From Candidatus Iainarchaeum sp. (lineage in GTDB: Archaea > Iainarchaeota > Iainarchaeia > Iainarchaeales > 0-14-0-20-30-16), in the NCBI GenBank assembly GCA_903916665.1, contig CAIWXP010000072.1, positions 1-6,923 on the forward strand: 6,923 bases of DNA, written 5' to 3'. The translations under genes and the position numbers were made by a program. Of this stretch, positions 1 to 6,194 are shown piece after piece (the stretch's first letter is position 1; each line of letters begins with the position of its first letter). The notes under the pieces were generated by a model. That model ran no database searches and was not told where the DNA came from. It was given only the letters and a program-made list of their open reading frames with translations.

Positions 1-636
1 ATTTTTTCTTTTTAAAATATAGTTTTGCAATTCTTTTGAGGGATTTGATGCAATATGTTTTTCTAACATTTCAATAAATGTTACATCAGTAATAGAATCT
101 CCCACGCCTATTGAATTTTTTAGATCGTAGTTTTTAATAAGTTTCTTTAATAGTTTTTCTTTTGCCTTTTTTGCAAACATTTTGTTATTTGGTTTTCCTG
201 AGTATTTTTTATTAACTATTAAAGAATCACTTGCGAAACATTCATCAAAACCCAATTCTTTTGCAGCTAAACTCATTACTTCTTTAGATCCTACGGATAG
301 GATTATTGTATAATAACCTTTTTGTTTTAAACTAGAAATTAATTTATAACTATTAGGATAGATATTTTTCTTGAATTCTGCAAAAAATATTTCTGATTCT
401 CTTTTCATAGTTTCTTCAATGTTTCCTTTTAACCCTTCAATCCAAACAATTCCCCAATTATAACACCATTTTTCATAATTTATTATTCCTAATTTATATT
501 TTTCCAACAATTTCATTTGTTTTTCATAATATTTTTTAGGATATAATTTTTTCTTATAAATATGGGTTAAAAAATCCATCGAAATATAGCCTTTGCTTAA
601 AGTACCATCAAAATCAAACACAGCTATTTTTTGCAT
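1..636 (-). CDS. HAD-superfamily hydrolase, subfamily IB (phosphoserine-phosphatase-like); the C-terminal end runs off the window
   Basis: Absent from the supplied track because there is no stop codon inside the window. I translated the minus strand by hand from ATG at 636..634 down to base 1 and found 212 codons with no stop: MQKIAVFDFDGTLSKGYISMDF...YYTIILSVGSKEVM...YSGKPNNKMFAKKAKEK...SIGVGDSITDVTFIEMLEKHIASNPSKEL... HAD motif I DxDGT (FDFDGTL), motif II Ser/Thr (ILSVGS), a motif III Lys, and motif IV GDSxxD are all present. A cap insert of about 100 aa lies between motifs I and II, and the terminal xNPxxxL is typical of HAD-IB. Confidence 0.8.
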   Translation of the reverse strand, partial: MQKIAVFDFDGTLSKGYISMDFLTHIYKKKLYPKKYYEKQMKLLEKYKLGIINYEKWCYNWGIVWIEGLKGNIEETMKRESEIFFAEFKKNIYPNSYKLISSLKQKGYYTIILSVGSKEVMSLAAKELGFDECFASDSLIVNKKYSGKPNNKMFAKKAKEKLLKKLIKNYDLKNSIGVGDSITDVTFIEMLEKHIASNPSKELQNYILKRKN

Positions 637-1449
637 TTATTCGCCTTTTTTAAAATTACAAATATCACGAACTTCTTCCTGTATCTTTGTTATTTCGTTT
701 TCTGTTAATCCCGTTTTTTGAATTAAAACAGGTATGGAGAAGAATAAAATATCCTTTGCTAAAACAATATTTGATAAAAATAATTTTTCTTTTAATTTAT
801 CATTAATTAATTTTACACTTGTTATGGGATATAAATTCTTTTTTTCAATCATTTCTCTTAAAGAATTTATTTTTGGATAGTTCCAAGAAGTTATTTTTAG
901 GTTAACCCCTTTTCCATATTCTACTGCATCTTTAACACATTTGGTATTTGTGACCAACCAAGGAATATCAAATATACCCACATCTAAGAATCTTGCATAG
1001 GTATACATCGCAGGATGTAATTTTGTATTTGTTCCTAATTCATTATGATATTTACATTCAATCATATATTTTAATTTATTTTTTTTTGCAACAATATCAA
1101 TTTCATGTATTATTCTTTTTCCTTTAATATAATTTCCTAATTTCGTTTCGTAACCATAGTTATCTAAAATTCGTGTAAAGTATTCTTCAAATGGAAAACC
1201 AGAAGGTCCTAAATTCATTATTGCTCTTTTTAAATCATATCTTTGAGCAATACCCTGTTCTTTTTTCAGATTTTTTAAAATAATATCTAATATTTCTTGT
1301 GTAGATATTCCGGCATAATATTTTTGTTTAACCAGTGTTACAGTTTCAGTAGTTAATTCCTTTGATGCTCCTGCGTTTAAAATAGTACGGTACATTTTGT
1401 CAGGGTTGAAGGTTTCCAACTCTCCCGAGGCTTTAGTTACTTGTTCCAT
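637..1449 (-). CDS. ATP-cone domain protein fused to a PD-(D/E)xK (Mrr-like restriction endonuclease fold) domain
   Basis: 270-aa ORF. The N-terminus VTKASGELETFNPDKMYRTILNAG...ISTQEILDIILKNL...YDLKRAIMNLG matches the ATP-cone pattern (V-x-K-x-x-G-x-x-E-x-F-x-x-x-K-i). It is followed by GPSGFPFEEYFTRILDNYGYE...IIHEIDIVAKKNKLKYMIECKYH, which gives a nuclease-core E / D118 / E131-x-K133. I checked the D118 codon at 1096..1098 (GAT on the minus strand). I cannot assign the C-terminal ~105 aa. Confidence 0.8.
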   Translation of the reverse strand: MEQVTKASGELETFNPDKMYRTILNAGASKELTTETVTLVKQKYYAGISTQEILDIILKNLKKEQGIAQRYDLKRAIMNLGPSGFPFEEYFTRILDNYGYETKLGNYIKGKRIIHEIDIVAKKNKLKYMIECKYHNELGTNTKLHPAMYTYARFLDVGIFDIPWLVTNTKCVKDAVEYGKGVNLKITSWNYPKINSLREMIEKKNLYPITSVKLINDKLKEKLFLSNIVLAKDILFFSIPVLIQKTGLTENEITKIQEEVRDICNFKKGE

Positions 1450-1468
1450 AATATATTCAGGAGGGCCA

Positions 1469-1476
1469 ATTTAAAT
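1469..1476. promoter_or_regulatory. Putative shared archaeal TATA box (perfect palindrome ATTTAAAT) between divergent genes
   Basis: An 8-bp palindrome sits in the 50-bp divergent intergenic region. Its centre is about 27 nt from the SRP54 ATG (1500) and about 23 nt from the minus-strand ATG (1449). This matches the -26/-27 TATA position of archaeal promoters if both mRNAs are leaderless. Confidence 0.4.
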
Positions 1477-1499
1477 GCTTTTTCCTTAATATATATAGT

Positions 1500-2822
1500 A
1501 TGGGTACTTTTGGAGATAAATTAAGGTCTATTTTTGATGGCCTAAGCAACAGGCATTTTATAACCTCTGAAGTTATAGATGAGACTGCCAAAGAAATACA
1601 AAAAGCTTTGATAATGGCAGATGTTGAAATATCTTTGGTTTTTGAGTTGTCTAAAAAGATAAAAGAACTAAAAGGAGAAACAGCACCAGAAGGAATAGAA
1701 ATTAAAGATTATTTAATTAAAAGAATTCACGATATACTAAGTGATTTTTTTGGTTTGGAAGCAGATTTTACAAAAATTCCAAAAAGAATTTTATTGTGCG
1801 GTTTATTTGGTTCTGGTAAAACAACAACGGCGGGAAAATTAGCTAATTATTATAAAAGAAAAAAATTAAGTGTGGGAATTATTGCTGCAGATACCTATAG
1901 AATGGCAGCCTATGAACAATTAAAACAATATGCTCATGAGTTTGATGTATTTGGCAATGTTTCTAAAAATGCAGCAGAGACTGTTAAATTAGGTTTAGAA
2001 AAATTAAAAGATAAAGATATTATTATTGTTGATAGTGCAGGACGAAATGCATTGGATGATGAATTATCACAAGAATTAAAAGATATTAAAGATGCGTTTA
2101 AACCAGACATGTCATTTTTAGTTTTGTCTGCTGATATTGGACAGATTGCATTAAAGCAAGCAAAAGAGTTTAATGAGTTGGTAGGGTTAAATGGAGTTAT
2201 AATTACTAAGTTAGATGGTTCTGCAAAAGGTGGGGGGGCATTAGCAGCTTGTGCTTATTTGAAGAGCCCAGTTTATTTTGCAGGTAATGGTGAAAAGATT
2301 GAAGACCTGCAACAATTTGATAGCACAAGATATTTGGCACAAATAATGGACTATCCTGATTTGCAAAGTTTGTTGGAAAAAGTTGAAGAAGCGGAAATTA
2401 ATCCAGATGATATTGATGAATTTAATTTTGATGTTTACAAAAAGCAATTGAAGATGGCTAGTAAAATGGGTGGAATAACAAAGATTGCTAAAATGTTAGG
2501 TTTTGGTAAAGCAATACCAGAAGAAGCATCAGGTTTGGCAGAAGGTAAAATGAAAGGTTTTAGTTCAATTATAGATTCAATGACCCCCTATGAAAGAAAG
2601 CACCCAGATTGTTTAAACACCTCAAGATTAAACAGAATTGCCAAAGGTTCAGGATCAAAGCTAGACGATGTACGTTTACTTATTAAACAATATAATATGA
2701 TGAAAGAAACCTTTGATAAAATGAAAGGCAAAGATCCAAATGATTTAAATCAAAATGATTTACAAAAAGTTATGCAAAAACAAATGCAGAAAAAAATGAA
2801 AAGAAAATTTAAATTGAAATAA
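1500..2822 (+). CDS. srp54: Signal recognition particle protein SRP54 (archaeal type)
   Basis: 440 aa. N domain with ALIMADVEISLV. G domain with P-loop GLFGSGKTTTAGKLA, then AADTYRMAAYEQLKQYA, DSAGR, and TKLDGSAKGGGALAA (archaeal/eukaryotic AKGGGAL form). Met-rich M domain (MASKMGGITKIAKMLGFGK...MTPYERKHPD...SRLNRIAKGSGS...LIKQYNMM) and a Lys-rich tail. Confidence 0.95.
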   Translation: MGTFGDKLRSIFDGLSNRHFITSEVIDETAKEIQKALIMADVEISLVFELSKKIKELKGETAPEGIEIKDYLIKRIHDILSDFFGLEADFTKIPKRILLCGLFGSGKTTTAGKLANYYKRKKLSVGIIAADTYRMAAYEQLKQYAHEFDVFGNVSKNAAETVKLGLEKLKDKDIIIVDSAGRNALDDELSQELKDIKDAFKPDMSFLVLSADIGQIALKQAKEFNELVGLNGVIITKLDGSAKGGGALAACAYLKSPVYFAGNGEKIEDLQQFDSTRYLAQIMDYPDLQSLLEKVEEAEINPDDIDEFNFDVYKKQLKMASKMGGITKIAKMLGFGKAIPEEASGLAEGKMKGFSSIIDSMTPYERKHPDCLNTSRLNRIAKGSGSKLDDVRLLIKQYNMMKETFDKMKGKDPNDLNQNDLQKVMQKQMQKKMKRKFKLK

Positions 2823-3369
2823 GTTTTTCTCTTTGTTCTTTAATTAATTGTTCTAATTGAGGCATAAGTATTTGTAATCTTTTTCCTAAATTTTCTTTTC
2901 CTAATACCCAAGCTAATTCATCAAAATATTTTTCTCTAACTAACACTTCAAACATTTTATTTGCAAATTCTTTTGAAATCTCAGGAAAAAAATATCTTTT
3001 TCCTGACATTGAACTTGGAGTAATTAGTTCTTTTAAACATTGTGATCTAAAATATAGATGATCCATATATTCAGAATTTCTGAATCGTCCTGTATTTTGA
3101 CGTAGTGGATTGTTATAATGTTCTTGAACTAAATCAGGAGCAAAAATAGAATCAAAAAATCTTTTACCACCTCTAACTTGAATAAGATGATAAACAGTTT
3201 CAGGATCTAATTGCTGCCATTTAATTTTATGTAATGGACTAGTTACCATGGGTTTTAAAGCTTCACCTTCAAGTTTGTCAGTTCCTTTTCCCTTTCGTTT
3301 AGGTAACCTATCTACTACTTTTTTAATTGCAGCTCTAACTCTTTCAAATGCCATATATATTATTTCCAA
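2809..3369 (-). CDS. Hypothetical soluble basic protein with no family recognised; the probable true start is ATG at 3354 (181 aa)
   Basis: A 186-aa ORF fills the space between two confident genes. It has no TM segment and no class III signal peptide. The N-terminus is Lys/Arg-rich (AAIKKVVDRLPKRKGKG) and the C-terminus looks helical (LQILMPQLEQLIKEQREKL). A palindromic TATA-like element at 3377..3386 lies about 27 nt upstream of the second Met (3354) but only about 12 nt from the first (3369). The 3' end overlaps SRP54 by 14 nt. Confidence 0.6.
   Translation of the reverse strand: MEIIYMAFERVRAAIKKVVDRLPKRKGKGTDKLEGEALKPMVTSPLHKIKWQQLDPETVYHLIQVRGGKRFFDSIFAPDLVQEHYNNPLRQNTGRFRNSEYMDHLYFRSQCLKELITPSSMSGKRYFFPEISKEFANKMFEVLVREKYFDELAWVLGKENLGKRLQILMPQLEQLIKEQREKLISI
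2824..2830 (+). terminator. Oligo-T tract (TTTTTCT) 1 nt after the SRP54 stop codon; candidate archaeal intrinsic terminator
   Basis: A T5 run starts one base after the TAA at 2820..2822. Archaeal RNA polymerase terminates at oligo-T tracts. The tract lies inside the 3' end of the convergent minus-strand CDS. Confidence 0.3.
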
Positions 3370-3376
3370 GTAAAAG

Positions 3377-3386
3377 CCTATATAGG
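3377..3386 (-). promoter_or_regulatory. Putative TATA box (perfect 10-bp palindrome CCTATATAGG) for the 181-aa orphan gene
   Basis: Located in the 45-bp gap between the radical SAM stop codon (3415) and the orphan ORF. Its centre is about 27 nt upstream of ATG 3354, which is leaderless geometry. Confidence 0.4.
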
Positions 3387-3414
3387 TTATGGTTTAAGGT
3401 ATAAGTCAAATTAA

Positions 3415-4443
3415 TTATTTTCTTCTTAATAGGTTTCTTAATCGTTTTAATGTGTTTTCTCTTAGTTGTTTTTGTTTTTTATAATCAGACATGTGCCGTA
3501 AATATCTAATAAAAGCAGGAGATTCTTCAGTTCTACTCATTTCATCAATTTGTTTTTGTGCCGCCTCGGCTTTTTTTGGGTCTGGTACTCTGCCAAATTC
3601 AGTAACTGCTTTATGCATTTGTCTTTCAAAAATATTTATTAGTTGTTCTTTTTTTAGATCTCCTCTATAAAAAATGTTTTCTGGATTTAACGGAAATAAT
3701 GTTGCATTTTCATCAGTATATACCTGTGCATTAGGAAAAATTAATAAAGATTTTTGACCAATTAATTTTTTGTGTAATTTTGCCGGAGTCATCGCTCTAG
3801 TATCTTCTTTTGGTAATGATTTTGCATTTCCAGTTCGATCTGCTTTTTCCCAAAATAAATATCCTTGTTCAAATTCTGTTCCTTCGCTATGCGCGTCATT
3901 GTATAATTTTGTTAAAATTTCTGCTAATTCTCTATTTCTGATTCCTGGTAATTCTATTTTTGGTGCAACAGAGTTTACAATTAATCTTCTTTTTGTTTTA
4001 ATACAATATTTTATGAAATTTAATAATTTTAATTCAAATTCAGGATTTAAAATAGGATAATGATATCTATCAAAACCAACCATAAATGTTGCATTTGGTG
4101 GTAACCAATTAAGATGTTGTGCTATTTCTTGTTCTGTTTGCGGAAATGTAGTTAGATTTGTATCTATTTGTACACTTTTTGCAAATCGTGATGCAAATAA
4201 AACAAATTTTTTAAAATCAGGATGTAATGTTGGTTCTCCACCAGCAATAATAATTTTTTCAACTTTTGTTTCTAAACTTAATAATGCTTTTCTAAACGCA
4301 GTTATATCTAGATCAGCAGTATGATCTGTTGTTTTAACTAATATGTTTGCTACTGAACAATGTGCGCATCGTTTATTGCATCTAGCAGTTATAAAAACTC
4401 CTAAATGAAGATCTTCTAAACCCATAATATAATAATTTAACAC
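3415..4443 (-). CDS. Radical SAM domain protein of unknown function; the ORF-track start at 4443 is GTG, and the more likely start is ATG at 4425 (336 aa)
   Basis: FITARCNKRCAHCSV gives the canonical CX3CX2C motif (C22/C26/C29). I checked the codons at 4378..4380 and 4357..4359 as TGC and TGT on the minus strand. The SAM-binding GGE motif is IIIAGGEPTLHPDF, followed by VQIDTNLT. Only one further Cys follows (KYCIK), so there is no SPASM/twitch auxiliary cluster. The C-terminal tail is very basic (KKQKQLRENTLKRLRNLLRRK). Confidence 0.85.
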   Translation of the reverse strand: MLNYYIMGLEDLHLGVFITARCNKRCAHCSVANILVKTTDHTADLDITAFRKALLSLETKVEKIIIAGGEPTLHPDFKKFVLFASRFAKSVQIDTNLTTFPQTEQEIAQHLNWLPPNATFMVGFDRYHYPILNPEFELKLLNFIKYCIKTKRRLIVNSVAPKIELPGIRNRELAEILTKLYNDAHSEGTEFEQGYLFWEKADRTGNAKSLPKEDTRAMTPAKLHKKLIGQKSLLIFPNAQVYTDENATLFPLNPENIFYRGDLKKEQLINIFERQMHKAVTEFGRVPDPKKAEAAQKQIDEMSRTEESPAFIRYLRHMSDYKKQKQLRENTLKRLRNLLRRK

Positions 4444-4446
4444 AAA

Positions 4447-4454
4447 TTTATATA
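4447..4454. promoter_or_regulatory. Putative shared TATA box (TTTATATA within AAATTTATATAG) between the divergent radical SAM and prepilin peptidase genes
   Basis: Its centre (about 4450.5) is about 26 nt from the plus-strand ATG at 4477 and about 25 nt from the minus-strand ATG at 4425. It is only about 7 nt from the GTG at 4443, which argues against that start. Confidence 0.4.
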
Positions 4455-4476
4455 GTTTTGGTGTATTATCTTTAAT

Positions 4477-5283
4477 ATGTTATTAGAAATTAAAATGGCA
4501 ATAGTTATTTTGGCAGGATTGATTGCAGCCTATACTGATTATAAAACAGGTTATATCTATGATTGGTTAAATTATAGTTTTATTATATTAGGTGCAGTAT
4601 TAGCAATATTTTCACCAAATTTAATTTGGGCAGTTATACAATTTGTAATTGTATTTGGATTGGGATATATATTTTATAGATTTGGGAAAATAGGTGGTGG
4701 AGATATTAAATTCTTTGCTGGTTTAACTTTATATTTCCCATTCTTTAATGGCATGCCATTTTTATTGGTTGTTTTAGTGTTATCAAGTGTTCTTGCATTG
4801 ATATACTATGGAATATATTATACAATTGCTTTATTAAAAAAGCCAACAAAAGATATGATTTATTTTTTTATAATTGCATTCGTAATTGCATTTTTTATGG
4901 GTTTGACCTTTGTATTATATAGTTATTGGTACTTGGGAATAATAATTTTTTTGTTGGGTTTCTTTTCTTTTACTTCTGTATTTTTGAAAAACCTAATTAT
5001 GCAAAGGTTCTATAGAAAAGAAATATCAATCTCAAAATTACTTGATGATGACTTGATTGATATGAAACAGTTAAGTGAAAAATATGCAAAAGTAAAGCCA
5101 ATTAGTACATTAGATATGTTTCCTTTAGATAGTAAAGCATTTAAAAAATTAAAACAATTATTGCCTAGGACTGCAAAAGTAGTAGTATATAGAAATTTGC
5201 CAATATTTGGTCCGTTTATTGCGTTGGGCATAATAGCTAGTTTTATTATTTTAACTTTTCTAAATTTGGGTTTTTTATTATAA
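4477..5283 (+). CDS. Type IV prepilin/preflagellin peptidase, A24 family aspartyl protease (archaeal PibD/FlaK/EppA-like)
   Basis: 268-aa polytopic membrane protein. The first catalytic Asp is in AAYTDYKTGYI (D21, GAT at 4537..4539). The second is in the GxGD motif KIGGGDIKFFAGL (D76, GAT at 4702..4704). The 55-residue spacing is close to that of archaeal PibD/FlaK. The terminal LPIFGPFIALG motif is present. It lacks the bacterial PilD N-terminal Cys-rich/methyltransferase region. Confidence 0.85.
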   Translation: MLLEIKMAIVILAGLIAAYTDYKTGYIYDWLNYSFIILGAVLAIFSPNLIWAVIQFVIVFGLGYIFYRFGKIGGGDIKFFAGLTLYFPFFNGMPFLLVVLVLSSVLALIYYGIYYTIALLKKPTKDMIYFFIIAFVIAFFMGLTFVLYSYWYLGIIIFLLGFFSFTSVFLKNLIMQRFYRKEISISKLLDDDLIDMKQLSEKYAKVKPISTLDMFPLDSKAFKKLKQLLPRTAKVVVYRNLPIFGPFIALGIIASFIILTFLNLGFLL

Positions 5284-5296
5284 AAATTAAAAATAA
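5282..5296 (-). terminator. Two T5 tracts on the minus strand immediately after the stop codon of the 297-aa T2SSF gene; candidate archaeal terminator
   Basis: The minus strand reads TAA-TTATTTTTAATTTTTA directly downstream of the stop codon at 5299..5297. These tracts fill the 13-bp gap between the convergent genes. Confidence 0.35.
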
Positions 5297-6190
5297 TTAT
5301 ATAAAAAAGAAAATTAATAGTGCAATTGGCAATATTATTAATAGATAGATTAATGATTTTTTTGTATTGCCATCAATTAGCGCAACAAAGTAGCTAGATA
5401 TTACTGAAAGTTCACAAAGGTAAATGTAGGTTGCGTATTTTGCATAGATTTGTAAGTTAGGATCAATGCTAACAACTCCAATTGTTTGAAAGCTAGAAAA
5501 ATCAAAACCAACAATTATGCTTTGAATCCAACCTAATATCAAAGGCACCAGAATTGCAGCAGATATTAATAAAGTGTATTTTTGTATTGCTAAACTAGAA
5601 TATCTTTCTCTTTCCAATTCTTGAATATGTAATATATATTGTGATATTTTATTAAAAACAAAATGCATATCTTTTCCAGATTTATACCCTACTATTAAAA
5701 GATTAATTACTCTTTCTAATAATTTACTTTTATTTCGAGTGCAAATTTCCTGTAAAGATTTTTGAACACTATATCCTTTTTTTATTTGTTTTAAAGCAAT
5801 TGTAAATTCTAATGAAATATATTGATAATTTTGTTCAGATATATATTGAATTATTTTTGTTATTTCTGTTCCTTTAGGAAATAATCCTGCTTGTAATAAA
5901 ATATCTTGTAGAATGCTATCAATATATTTTTGTCTATTATTTTCTTTAAACAATTCATAATAATATAAACAGAAAAAGATAATTGGTAATGAAAGAATAA
6001 TTATTAATAGATAATACCATTCAATATATTCTAAAATGAATAAAGTTACGAAAGCAATAACAAATATACTATAAAATAATGTAACTTCCTTTACAAAACC
6101 ATCTAAAGTTTTTGCGCTTTTATTCAAATATAATAGGAATAAATCATATTTTTCTGTTCCGAGTATATTAAATAAAACATTTTCAAACAT
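5297..6190 (-). CDS. Type II secretion system F-domain membrane protein (TadC/TadB-like, single-domain FlaJ/PilC-type platform subunit)
   Basis: 297 aa. A short soluble N-terminus and two TM helices are followed by a helical cytoplasmic domain of about 120 aa (YIDSILQDILLQAGL...IKKGYSVQKSLQEI...LLIVGYKSGKDM...LERERYSS) and then C-terminal TM helices, which is the T2SSF layout. It is a clear paralogue of the upstream ORF (KGYSVQKSLQE vs KGISLQKSFRE; GYKSGKDM vs YESGKNF). Confidence 0.75.
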   Translation of the reverse strand: MFENVLFNILGTEKYDLFLLYLNKSAKTLDGFVKEVTLFYSIFVIAFVTLFILEYIEWYYLLIIILSLPIIFFCLYYYELFKENNRQKYIDSILQDILLQAGLFPKGTEITKIIQYISEQNYQYISLEFTIALKQIKKGYSVQKSLQEICTRNKSKLLERVINLLIVGYKSGKDMHFVFNKISQYILHIQELERERYSSLAIQKYTLLISAAILVPLILGWIQSIIVGFDFSSFQTIGVVSIDPNLQIYAKYATYIYLCELSVISSYFVALIDGNTKKSLIYLLIILPIALLIFFFI

Positions 6191-6194
6191 TAAG

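Noticed and set aside
1-636. Apparent gene-free 636 bp at the left edge (no ORF in the supplied track)
   Set aside because: It is not non-coding. Manual translation of the minus strand gives an uninterrupted HAD hydrolase ORF that simply lacks an in-window stop codon.
1459-1489. Perfect AGGAGG (1459..1464) followed 10 nt later by a 4-codon mini-ORF ATG CTT TTT CCT TAA (1475..1489), upstream of SRP54
   Set aside because: It could be a leader peptide or uORF. However, the ATG lies inside the palindromic TATA-like element. The TATA-to-ATG(1500) spacing favours a leaderless SRP54 mRNA that would not contain this region. A 4-codon ORF in AT-rich DNA is expected by chance. It would only be worth revisiting if a transcription start is mapped upstream of 1459.
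2241-2447. 68-aa minus-strand ORF inside SRP54
   Set aside because: It lies wholly antisense to a confidently identified, motif-rich CDS. The sequence is low-complexity and Ile/Phe/Asn-rich, typical of shadow ORFs in AT-rich DNA. It has no promoter or RBS context.
2809-3369. Orphan protein as the missing pilin or class III signal-peptide substrate of the A24 peptidase
   Set aside because: The N-terminus is basic (KRKGKG) but is followed by hydrophilic sequence (TDKLEGEALKPM), not the roughly 20-residue hydrophobic helix required of type IV pilin-like substrates. No other gap in the window is large enough to hide a pilin gene.
3770-4060. 96-aa plus-strand ORF inside the radical SAM gene
   Set aside because: It is antisense to the radical SAM CDS and has no recognisable motifs. 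It looks like a shadow frame created by the AT-biased codon usage of the real gene.
3415-4443. Radical SAM gene as a prokaryotic viperin (antiviral) or other known subfamily
   Set aside because: The cluster motif here is CNKRCAHC in a MoaA/PqqE-like context, not the viperin CNYKCGFC context. There is no adjacent nucleotide kinase. No QueE, TYW1, PflA-type or SPASM signatures are visible. I therefore leave it as function unknown rather than naming a family.
5010-5231. 73-aa minus-strand ORF inside the prepilin peptidase gene
   Set aside because: It is antisense to a CDS that carries both catalytic Asp motifs and the terminal FGPF motif. There is no independent support for it.
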